A stretch of 63,677 nt of DNA, counting the filler, from Octopus bimaculoides (lineage: Eukaryota), in NCBI RefSeq assembly GCF_001194135.2. It is 7 parts of 7 records of this genome, joined end to end, with 100 filler letters (N's around TTAATTAATTAA, not from the genome) between each part and the next. Parts side by side here need not be neighbours in the genome. Positions count along the whole stretch, not along the records: positions 45,004 to 57,354 come from NC_068995.1; positions 57,455 to 62,304 come from NC_068981.1; positions 62,405 to 63,677 come from NC_068983.1; 4 more parts are not named here. The stretch is one strand, 5' to 3'. The position numbers and the translations under genes are program-made. The notes under the pieces are model-generated. The model was not told the origin of the DNA, made no database searches, and saw only the letters and a program-made list of their open reading frames with translations. Shown piece by piece: positions 52,366 through 63,677 of the stretch; positions within the stretch are counted from its first letter, which is position 1; each line of letters begins with the position of its first letter.

Positions 52366-53130
52366 CGGAAGCAACGAATTGACGGAGTCATTAGGATGCT
52401 GTGTAGAATGTCCCGTTCCCTTTGTTCTGAGTTCAAATCTTACCGAGGTTAATTAACTGTGCCTTTCATTATTTCGGAGTCAGGAAAAAACTTATCTTGA
52501 ATAGTAGATGGGCGGAACAGTTGGAAAGTTTGATAGAGTGCCTTGTGGTATTCGCTCTGGCGTAATCTTCAGTTGTGACCCCACAATGTTTTTAAATTGC
52601 TGAGTGGTGTGTCTTATAATAATTGTGGTTGTTCCTCCGTTACTTAGCCCGTCTGTAACGCTTTCACGTGATTAATTGAAGGGAAAGGCGAAGAACGAGA
52701 GAAAAAGGGGGAGAAAGAAAAAGAAGAGAGAAAAAGAGGGAAAGTGAAGAGTGAGAGAGAGAAAGAGGGAGAGTGCTGTGTATTAAATCTATAAAATTGT
52801 GCATAAAGTATATGAAGTGTACATGTATAAAGTGCATAAGATAATCATCATCGTATTCCAATTTCTTTAACCTTTCAATGAGTGGCAGACGAGCGACTCT
52901 CTTTCGATGCAGACACAATACAGGCTACACTTTCAGGTTTTATTTTGGATAAAATTTTCAGAAACAACCTAGTAAGTTTACCATTAATTTCGTGAAATAT
53001 TCACGAGTCCCGCTAGTAAATATTTATTTATAAACCGTTTAAATATAAATGATATACACTTACATTCGCTACATGGTATGCTTGTACGTATATATGTACA
53101 TGTACGCATGAAATGCTTGTATGCAAGCAT

Positions 53131-53223
<93 letters not shown>

Positions 53224-54483
53224 NNNNNNNNNNNNNNNNNNNNNNNNNNNNNNNNNNNNNNNNNNNNNNNNNNNNNNNNNNNNNNNNNNNNNNNNNNNNN
53301 NNNNNNNNNNNNNNNNNNNNNNNNNNNNNNNNNNNNNNNNNNNNNNNNNNNNNNNNNNNNNNNNNNNNNNNNNNNNNNNNNNNNNNNNNNNNNNNNNNNN
53401 NNNNNNNNNNNNNNNNNNNNNNNNNNNNNNNNNNNNNNNNNNNNNNNNNNNNNNNNNNNNNNNNNNNNNNNNNNNNNNNNNNNNNNNNNNNNNNNNNNNN
53501 NNNNNNNNNNNNNNNNNNNNNNNNNNNNNNNNNNNNNNNNNNNNNNNNNNNNNNNNNNNNNNNNNNNNNNNNNNNNNNNNNNNNNNNNNNNNNNNNNNNN
53601 NNNNNNNNNNNNNNNNNNNNNNNNNNNNNNNNNNNNNNNNNNNNNNNNNNNNNNNNNNNNNNNNNNNNNNNNNNNNNNNNNNNNNNNNNNNNNNNNNNNN
53701 NNNNNNNNNNNNNNNNNNNNNNNNNNNNNNNNNNNNNNNNNNNNNNNNNNNNNNNNNNNNNNNNNNNNNNNNNNNNNNNNNNNNNNNNNNNNNNNNNNNN
53801 NNNNNNNNNNNNNNNNNNNNNNNNNNNNNNNNNNNNNNNNNNNNNNNNNNNNNNNNNNNNNNNNNNNNNNNNNNNNNNNNNNNNNNNNNNNNNNNNNNNN
53901 NNNNNNNNNNNNNNNNNNNNNNNNNNNNNNNNNNNNNNNNNNNNNNNNNNNNNNNNNNNNNNNNNNNNNNNNNNNNNNNNNNNNNNNNNNNNNNNNNNNN
54001 NNNNNNNNNNNNNNNNNNNNNNNNNNNGTGGGAGAGAGAGAGAGGTGGGTGGGAGAGAGAGAGAGGTGGGTGGGAGAGAGAGAGAGGTGGGTGGGAGAGA
54101 GAGAGAGAGGTGTCTTAAAAATGTGGAGTGTAATTGCCTTTTAAACCTTAAGACAACGTGTAACACGAAACGAGTGAGATTTTTCATAGAAATACGAACC
54201 AGCGATCTCTACAAGTGTCAAGTAAATTCCTGGGCCGTGTGTGTTTTCATTTGAAATATAACGGACTGAGTGGGTGTTGAGGTGGTTGATAAGGGCCCAA
54301 TGAAAGGGGTTATGAAAGGGGGTTATAGAAGGGGCTTATTTCATAAAAGCTAGATTGGTAGACGTAAAGTACTCTCTTTCTCTCTCTCCCGCTCCCGCTC
54401 TCTCTCTCTTTCTAGCCTGTCTTTATATAGTTGTCTATCCTTCATGTTTCTTCCTCTCCCTCTATCTCTTCTTTCTTTCTCTC

Positions 54484-54806
54484 CTCACCAGATTTAGCGC
54501 CTTCAGACTATCATCTCCCCGGCCCCACGAAAGAGGGTTTGAGAGGCAAACATTATTCCATTGATGAGGAAATGAAAACTGTAGTGAAGACGTAGCTCAA
54601 AGAACAGTCAACAGAATTTTACGGGGCAGGGATACATGCTCTCATTCGAAGGTGGAACATTGCTATTGAGAGAAACGGTGACTATGTTGAGAAGTAGGGA
54701 TGTGATCCACAGAGGACCAGCTTTACTTTGATGTATGATACATGTTCCTGTGTTGGTAATTATACCTCTCCTAAACAAAATGGCATTATTTTTTGACTCA
54801 CCCTCG
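54484..54806 (+). mobile_element. Mariner 3' end (different subfamily, TIR ending CCCTCG-TA)
   Basis: SPDLAPSDYHL...GLRGKHY...RRWNIAIERNGDYVEK*; ends CACCCTCG followed by (TA)n. Confidence 0.88.
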
Positions 54807-57019
54807 TATATATATATATATATATATATNNNNNNNNNNNNNNNNNNNNNNNNNNNNNNNNNNNNNNNNNNNNNNNNNNNNNNNNNNNNNNNNNNNNNNN
54901 NNNNNNNNNNNNNNNNNNNNNNNNNNNNNNNNNNNNNNNNNNNNNNNNNNNNNNNNNNNNNNNNNNNNNNNNNNNNNNNNNNNNNNATATATATACTGTA
55001 TATATGTTGCTGTGTGTAAAATATGGAATTGGCGTCTTATATCCAGTTCCGTTTTGCAATGAAAGACCCAGTGTACTTGTTGATTTCGAAATATGATCCA
55101 ATTAGATGAAGCTGCTGTGTCAGACAGTCCATGATGAGGCCTTACAAGGAGTAGGCTTGGGTGTGGAGGTAAGTCATTGCACGGATGAACTGGCACGGGT
55201 GCAGTTGGGTCGAAACAGTTCATTGCTCCGCGATCTGGAACTCTCTGCCAACTCCCCCTCGTTTCGTCACTTTACAGTGTATTTTCTGTGTGTATCTGTA
55301 TGTGTGTATGTGTGTGTATGTGTGTGTATGTGTGTATGTGTGTGTGTATGACTGTATGAGTATATGTATGTATGATGCATGTAAGTGTGTGTGTATGTAT
55401 GTTTCTATGCATGTGTGTACGTATGTATGTGTGTGTGTGTATGTATCTATGGTTATGTTTGCGTTGCGCATGTTACAAAAAGTTGTGTCTTGCAAATGAG
55501 GATAATCCTGAAGATTAGCAGTATAAACCCTGTTAAACCGCGATCAAGTAATCCAATAATCAAATCCTTTCCAGCCATGACTATTCCAAACTATATACAT
55601 AATGTTTTTATTTGAAATGATAGACGAGACAGGTTTGGCTACTTTATTTAGCAGGTCGAAAGAGTCGGTAGAAGGTCCTTAACTGGGTAGGGGTAGATTT
55701 ATATGAGATACGGGTATATACTCTTCCTCCACCACCACCACCACCACCACCACCACCAGCATCAAATAAATTAAAAACATACAACGTACAGAATAAATAA
55801 AAATCTATGTAACAACCCACCCTCTTTCCACCCGGCAGAAATTAACCAGATCAAATAAAACTACGAGATAAATTTACTTGGTCTTATCGTTGGATTTACT
55901 ATATATACATATGTATGTATGTATGTATATATGCATGTATGTATGTATGTATGTATGTATGTATGTATGCATGCATGTATGTATGTATATATGTGTGTAT
56001 ATGTGTATGTGTATATATATATATANNNNNNNNNNNNNNNNNNNNNNNNNNNNNNNNNNNNNNNNNNNNNNNNNNNNNNNNNNNNNNNNNNNNNNNNNNN
56101 NNNNNNNNNNNNNNNNNNNNNNNNNNNNNNNNNNNNNNNNNNNNNNNNNNNNNNNNNNNNNNNNNNNNNNNNNNNNNNNNNNNNNNNNNNNNNNNNNNNN
56201 NNNNNNNNNNNNNNNNNNNNNNNNNNNNNNNNNNNNNNNNNNNNNNNNNNNNNNNNNNNNNNNNNNNNNNNNNNNNNNNNNNNNNNNNNNNNNNNNNNNN
56301 NNNNNNNNNNNNNNNNNNNNNNNNNNNNNNNNNNNNNNNNNNNNNNNNNNNNNNNNNNNNNNNNNNNNNNNNNNNNNNNNNNNNNNNNNNNNNNNNNNNN
56401 NNNNNNNNNNNNNNNNNNNNNNNNNNNNNNNNNNNNNNNNNNNNNNNNNNNNNNNNNNNNNNNNNNNNNNNNNNNNNNNNNNNNNNNNNNNNNNNNNNNN
56501 NNNNNNNNNNNNNNNNNNNNNNNNNNNNNNNNNNNNNNNNNNNNNNNNNNNNNNNNNNNNNNNNNNNNNNNNNNNNNNNNNNNNNNNNNNNNNNNNNNNN
56601 NNNNNNNNNNNNNNNNNNNNNNNNNNNNNNNNNNNNNNNNNNNNNNNNNNNNNNNNNNNNNNNNNNNNNNNNNNNNNNNNNNNNNNNNNNNNNNNNNNNN
56701 NNNNNNNNNNNNNNNNNNNNNNNNNNNNNNNNNNNNNNNNNNNNNNNNNNNNNNNNNNNNNNNNNNNNNNNNNNNNNNNNNNNNNNNNNNNNNNNNNNNN
56801 NNNNNNNNNNNNNNNNNNNNNNNNNNNNNNNNNNNNNNNNNNNNNNNNNNNNNNNNNNNNNNNNNNNNNNNNNNNNNNNNNNNNNNNNNNNNNNNNNNNN
56901 NNNNNNNNNNNNNNNNNNNNNNNNNNNNNNNNNNNNNNNNNNNNNNNNNNNTGTTGCTTTAATATCCATCCATCCATCCATCCATCCATCCGTCCGTCCG
57001 TCCGTCCGTCCGTCCGTCC

Positions 57020-57056
<37 letters not shown>

Positions 57057-57519
57057 GCTAGCAATCTGTCTGTCTGTCTGTCTGTATCTCTCTCTCCTCT
57101 CTATCTATCCCCCTTTCTCTCTCTACGTATATATTTATCTATACACCCATCATAAAAACGCCACTCCCTACACACACACACTCCGGTCTAGCTGCCTTCT
57201 GCAGTCTCAATCAGATTTCTTTCGGTTTGTCTCAAAACATGTGGCAAACAGACCGTCAAACATTCACTCATGTGTCTCACTCTCCTCCTCCTCCGCCTCC
57301 GCCTCCGCCTCCTCCTCGTCCTCCGCCTCCTCCTCGTCCTCCGCCTCCTCCTCGNNNNNNNNNNNNNNNNNNNNNNNNNNNNNNNNNNNNNNNNNNNNTT
57401 AATTAATTAANNNNNNNNNNNNNNNNNNNNNNNNNNNNNNNNNNNNNNNNNNNNTATATATATATGTATATATATATATATATGTATGTGTGTGTATATG
57501 TTTGTGTGTCTGTGTGTGT

Positions 57520-57682
57520 GTCCCCAACATCGCTTGACGTCTCCGTAACTTAGTGGTTCGGCAAAAGAGTCTTGAAAGAATAAGTACTAGGCTTACAAAG
57601 AATAAGTTCTGGGGTCGATTTTCTCGACTAAAGGTGGTGCTCCACCATGTCCGCAGTCAAATGACTGAAACAAGTAAAAGAG
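57520..57682 (+). mobile_element. SINE family A 3' half
   Basis: CCGTAACTTAGTGGTTCGGCAAAAGAG...CAGTCAAATGACTGAAACAAGTAAAAGAG. Confidence 0.85.
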
Positions 57683-58022
57683 TATGTTGGCGACAGGAAT
57701 ATCTGTCAAAGGGACATGGTTAAACAAAGTTGTACATCATCTCCCTCTTTCTCTGACATGCCCACACTTTCACTAAAAGACAGATGTAGCAACCTTATGA
57801 GACTAACTTCCTCAACAAACGAAGAAATGAAACTGTCGATATTTATGTGTATGTGAGTCTGTTTATCTGTACATAATGACGAATTGATATGTATAAGTAT
57901 ATATATATTTGTATATCTGTAATGCACTGCGCATGGCTGTTTATACTAATTTATATATGTAGGTGTGTATGCATATACACAATCATACAAAAAAATCCAC
58001 CTTTTTTGTATTTATTTTTACT

Positions 58023-58083
<61 letters not shown>

Positions 58084-58630
58084 NNNNNNNNNNNNNNNNN
58101 NNNNNNNNNNNNNNNNNNNNNNNNNNNNNNNNNNNNNNNNNNNNNNNNNNNNNNNNNNNNNNNNNNNNNNNNNNNNNNNNNNNNNNNNNNNNNNNNNNNN
58201 NNNNNNNNNNNNNNNNNNNNNNNNNNNNNNNNNNNNNNNNNNNNNNNNNNNNNNNNNNNNNNNNNNNNNNNNNNNNNNNNNNNNNNNNNNNNNNNNNNNN
58301 NNNNNNNNNNNNNNNNNNNNNNNNNNNNNNNNNNNNNNNNNNNNNNNNNNNNNNNNNNNNNNNNNNNNNNNNNNNNNNNNNNNNNNNNNNNNNNNNNNNN
58401 NNNNNNNNNNNNNNNNNNNNNNNNNNNNNNNNNNNNNNNNNNNNNNNNNNNNNNNNNNNNNNNNNNNNNNNNNNNNNNNNNNNNNNNNNNNNNNNNNNNN
58501 NNNNNNNNNNNNNNNNNNNNNNNNNNNNNNNNNNNNNNNNNNNNNNNNNNNNNNNNNNNNNNNNNNNNNNNNNNNNNNNNNNNNNNNNNNNNNNNNNNNN
58601 NNNNNNNNNNNNNNNNNNNNNNNNNNNNNN

Positions 58631-58922
58631 CATAAATATATAGGGATTGACAGTAACCTGCTTTTCCAACATACTGAGAATTCAGAAATAGCAGTCAAAG
58701 AATAGAGTATTATGTACTCTTAACTGTGAAACAATTGTACTAAATTAACTAAAGGCAAGTGTTTTTTACTCTTCTCTATTGTTTTTTGTTTTGTGTGTAT
58801 CAAAAATATCGCTATCAATCTGGAGTAATTTGTAGTTTTGAAATCAGTAGTTCTTTGACTGCTATTTCTGAATTCTCAGTATGTTGGAGAAGCAGGTTAC
58901 TGTCAATCCCTATATATTTATG
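58631..58922. repeat. Foldback element with 72-bp arms (71/72) and a 148-nt spacer; left end lost in a gap
   Basis: 58631-58702 matches the reverse complement of 58851-58922 with one mismatch. Confidence 0.88.
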
Positions 58923-59399
58923 ATTATAAATTTTACCGAAGAAGGTTTTTTTCATACTGAGCTACCCGGCAGAATTGTTAATTATTAATTTTATTACTAA
59001 TTGATGATTCCCTGCCCTGCATATCTACATATATATATGTGTATTTATGCATGTATATATGCATATGAATGTGTGTGCGTTTGAGTGTGTGCGTGTGTGT
59101 GTGTGTGTGTATGTGTGCATACATTGAGAGTTTATATTTGCTTGAAGCATTGTAATTTAGAAACGTAAAGCATAGCGCTGAGAAGATTAAGAAAAATATC
59201 TTACGACAATTTTCAACTAAATATATTTTATGATCCTGATAATCCAATAAGAAGCCGTTTACAAATTAGGAAGACAACGCTAGTATATACAGCTCTTTTT
59301 TGTGCATAGTTTAGTGAAATCTAATAGTTTTACATTCTCTGAGCTGTGGTAACGTTAAGAACAGAATGTTGGTAGAGATTTTTTCTGATTCTTGCGCTT

Positions 59400-60000
59400 G
59401 GATTGCGAATATTCTTAGATCGAATGGCTAGTCATTTCTTAGCCTTGTCCATCGGTTATAAAAATGACGTCCTTATTCCACACGTCTGGTGTGAACGCCG
59501 AAGCGAGAAATCAACAGAAGACTATTAAACAGGATTCAGCCGACAGCACCGCAGCTGCAATGAATCCACTACGATTTGTCACAGTTCTATAGAAAAGCGG
59601 TTTGCAGTAGCCAAATGTGAATATAACTGTGAATATATGTTATTTACAGCATCGATTGTAGCAAATTTGGTCGAATGTTAAATAAACGAATGACAGAAAT
59701 TATCATAGTTTTCAAATCTAATATCGCAGCATTGATAATGTTTTCTGTTGTTAACAACTCCCAGATTCTTTCTCTTCTATGTTATTAGAAAACACGGTTC
59801 CATTTTAAAGTAGTCCATGGTATGCATTCTGATTGGAATCCTTCTTCGATCAAATAATAAGAGATCCATATTGTCCTATTTCATAGAGAAGTGGACAACA
59901 CTGGAATGGAAAATGTCTTCATTTACTCCATGATGCTTTGTTCCAACTGTCTTCGTAATCCTTTTCTTTTACTACTCAAGAATTTGTTTCTCATCACTGT
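59400..60000 (-). mobile_element. Highly decayed RTE-like RT fragment
   Basis: Weak traces only (GYCKPLF, ITDGQG, F.D..K-like segment). Confidence 0.25.
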
Positions 60001-61644
60001 TTCCTTATCCCACTGGAGTACTTGTTTACAATTATCTTTAGTCTTATTATTACAGTAGTTGTTGTTGGTGATGCTGCTTCTGCTGTTCCTACCGTTGAAG
60101 TCTTTACCAGTAACGTTTTCATTATCTCGGTGTATAAAATACGTTACTCTAATCGATAGAGAAAAAAAATTGATATTACAATGACATTTGTCATTTAACA
60201 GAAACATTTATTACATCATAATCATAAACTGTTGTAGCAAAGACCAGAACATGTCTGTTTCAATTTCTTTTCTTTTCTGTTGCCAGTCCATATCTGACAA
60301 TACAAACATGGAATGATAGTGTTAAGGAGACAAAGTTTAATGCAGAGAGTATAGAATAAAGAGGAAAAATACGGAAATAGGTCCATGTTTCAGGTGGGTA
60401 CTGATAATAATGAAACAATGTAGAAATGATAACCTACAAAGCATAAGTAATGGTACCATTCAATGGGTTTATCGATTTTAATTTATTGTTATATTTCAGA
60501 AATAAAATATTCGTCCTTGAATCGTTTTCGAACAACGTTATTACAACTGCATTAATTGTTTTATGAGTACAATTCCAAATATTCTAAAGCGCTGTCATGT
60601 CGTTTTACTTTATTTTATTTATCTTTTTCATCATTTGTCGATAGATTTTATTCTCTTAAAGGTTCATCTTTGAACTTCCTTATTTTTTAATTTAGCATTT
60701 GTCTTTCCTACCGGAATTCCCTATTTTTAATGACATGTTGTAGTATATATTGAATTGATAAAAACAGCTTTCATATCTTCAATCTTTACGCTATTCATAT
60801 CATGTAATTTTCGAAAACAGTGCTGATAAATTCGTTTTTGTTTTAAAAAAACAAATGACACACCTTTCAATTCTTTCTTATAATTATTCATTTTCTTTAA
60901 AGAGACATGTAATTTCCTAATTACAAATGTCATCGTTGTACCATTATTTTCTCCTCCAGTATATTTGGCACCTCTCTCATCTTTAACAGTTGAAGTATTA
61001 TTTGTTGTAATTTTTTTTCAAACTATTATTTACAACAAGCGTAAAATATTCATTTGACGCCTAAGTTATTTCTTTTCTCCAACTGACGCACTTTTTCACA
61101 AAATTTAATTGAAACTAAACAACACCAGCACTCTGTTCTATTATTGGTCGCAATATGTTTGTTATGTTTAATAACAGACTGATTTTTTAATCGATAAATT
61201 GTTCTAAACGAATATTAAGTATTATCTTAAAAACTCCATTTCCTTTTTAATTGTCTGAGAAGAATTTCTATTTGTTTTTTGGTTTTTTTCTTTTCATTCG
61301 TGTTGTTAACTAAGAATATTTTCTCGTTTCTGATTTCATTTTCCAGTGGCGCCATGTATAGTGGGCAAATGACTCTAGAATTATAAGCTACTCAATTTAT
61401 AATTCCAACATGATAACGAATATATTATTACAAATTTATGGAAAATAAAAACAATCAGAAAATAAAAACAAAGCTCCTTAAGTAAAAATAATACACATAG
61501 ATATTTCGAAACATATTTTGATTTTATAAAGGAGCACGAAAGCATTGTCATAGTAATCGCCTAATTACAATCTTCAAAAACGGTAAATTGACCTATAATA
61601 CAGACATAACAGAGACACAGAAAGGAGACTACTTTCAATAATTA

Positions 61645-61860
61645 ATTTCTTTATGGCCCACACGGAGCTAAACATAGAGGGGATAAAACAAGGACAGGCA
61701 AAAGGAGTAATTCTATTACATCGACACTAGTGCATAACTGATCGACCCCGAAAGGATGAAAGGCAAAGTCGACCACAACGCAATTTGACCTCAGAACGTA
61801 ACGGCAGACAAACTAACGCCTAGCATTTCACCCGTCGTGCTAACGTTTCTGCCAGCTCGC
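61645..61860 (-). mobile_element. SINE family B, tail type 1
   Basis: GCTAAACATAGAGGGG...GAAAGGATGAAAGGCAAAGTCGACC...GCCAGCTCGC. Confidence 0.8.
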
Positions 61861-61984
61861 AACCCTGATACTTCGCAATGACAAATTAGAAGGAAAATAG
61901 TTGCCAGAACGGTATAAATCTTGATCATATAGTGCCATAACTAGATACCTAAAACCATGTTAACCAAATATCTGTATAATTCTT

Positions 61985-62195
61985 TTCTACTCTAGGCCCA
62001 AGGCCCGCAATTTAGTGGGAGGGAGCCAGTCGATTAGATCGACTCCAGCACGCAACTGTTACTTGATTTACCGACCACGAAAGGATAAAAAGCAAAGTTG
62101 ACATCGGCGGAATTTGAACTCAGAACGTAAAAACACGCAAAATACTGTTAAGGATTTCGCTCGGCGTGCTAACGTTCCTACTAGCTCGTCGCCTT
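61985..62195 (-). mobile_element. SINE family B, tail type 2
   Basis: TTTTCTACTCTAGGCCCAAGGCCCG...AATTTGAACTCAGAACG...AGCTCGTCGCC. Confidence 0.8.
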
Positions 62196-62826
62196 CGAAC
62201 CGTAAATGTTTTATTCAAATTTTCAACTAGTAATATTATATTTACGTATACATATACATATACATATACGTACGTGTGTGTATGCATATATATCTGTGTG
62301 TAGTNNNNNNNNNNNNNNNNNNNNNNNNNNNNNNNNNNNNNNNNNNNNTTAATTAATTAANNNNNNNNNNNNNNNNNNNNNNNNNNNNNNNNNNNNNNNN
62401 NNNNATACACACTCACAAGTAACAAAAGAGAGAAAAAAATGAGAAGTAGGAAGAGGAAAATACAGAGACAGAGAGGGAGAAAGAATACATTTACATCTAT
62501 ATAGATACTTACAGATACATATCAAACTCAGATACATATCAAGAGAGAAAGATAGCACATGAAGCATTCTCTGACGCCCACATTCAAAAATACACGTCAA
62601 ACACACACACACACACACATGCGCAAACACTCTTCGCACGTCACAAATGCAATGTTCTCTAATGGATGACACGTTATGTTGACGCATTGACATCTCATCC
62701 ATGTTACTTTGTCACACCATTAGGTATTCTGTCATACACTCACAAACACTGTATACCACGTACACACATCGTCCACATGCACACGCATACACAACATACG
62801 CGCGTGCACATATAGATAACTATGTA

Positions 62827-63112
62827 TTGGGTCGAGGAATAATAATTCATGAGCGTTTTATTTTTTTCAAATTTAAAAATACTTGCAGAAATAAAACGTA
62901 TTGACAAAATGTTTTATGTTATTTGAAAGAGTAGTGTGTTTTGATTTTTTAACTTTATTGATTTTGTGTATTTTTAGATCATTAAAATGGAATGTCAAGT
63001 GGACAAAACTGAGCATTTTCGACACAATTTGCTTTTTGCATTTAATCGAGGTATTAAGCCCCCCGAAGCTGCTCGTGAGATTTGTGCTGTGTATGGAGAA
63101 GGAACAATGCCT
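62827..63112 (+). mobile_element. Mariner 5' end, same family as 20282-21496, cut by a gap
   Basis: TA followed by TTGGGTCGAGGAATA...CATGAGCGTTTT; VDKTEHFRHNLLFAFNRG...AAREIC. Confidence 0.9.
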
Positions 63113-63258
63113 NNNNNNNNNNAGTTCATAAACCTTGGTTCTTTTCCCTAATACTATATATATATATATATACACGTACACATAGGTAGAAGGCTTCAAT
63201 TAAATACATACAGACATACATACATACATACATACATACATACACACCCACACAGAAA

Positions 63259-63289
<31 letters not shown>

Positions 63290-63677
63290 TACATACACCC
63301 TTGTCATTTCATTTGTGCATACACATACGGAACAAATAGATCAACACCTATACAAGCACATCACATCACATCACATCACATAAAATACGCATTTCTCTCT
63401 AACTTTCAGTGCCCTCTTCTCATCCTCTCTGGATGTCTCTCTCGTTTCCTTTCATAGTACACACGTACAGTAAAAGGATATGATAGAGAGGGGGGGCGGG
63501 CTGACAACGAAAATGGGCGACAGAGCTTGCTGTAGATTTACAATTGTATATAGTAACAGAGTGACTCAAAGTCCAAGAGTTTCGAGTATTGGCTTTGAGA
63601 TATATATATTATTTGTATTATATATATATATACACACACTCACAAGTATTATTATTATTATTATATATATATATATA

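Noticed and set aside
54028-54110. 18-bp tandem units here and at 57295-57354 and 31035-31125
   Set aside because: Simple-sequence-derived minisatellites without unique spacers; not CRISPR arrays.

Overview
Repeat-saturated, AT-rich eukaryotic DNA with many assembly gaps. The SINE families and microsatellite style suggest an octopus genome (inference). I can support no intact host gene, rRNA or CRISPR array, so the window reads as intergenic or a large intron. Most long ORFs in the track are artefacts of N-gaps and microsatellites. The recognisable content is transposon-derived: four Penelope-like element (PLE) fragments from about three lineages, four R4/Dong-like and one CRE-like restriction-endonuclease LINE fragments, one long CR1/L2-type RT fragment, three mariner pieces (one full length with TIRs and TA target duplication), a hAT MITE with a perfect 8-bp TSD, and more than 20 tRNA-derived SINE copies. 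Highlights: (1) a perfectly paired type I hammerhead ribozyme at 26851-26942 with a 55-nt antisense copy of its own 3' half just upstream; (2) a similar foldback plus half-hammerhead at 37789-37918; (3) a decayed, intronless ubiquitin-specific protease (peptidase C19) gene at about 155-1084 directly abutting a PLE; (4) several other short foldback elements. All assignments come from motif recognition by eye; no searches were run.
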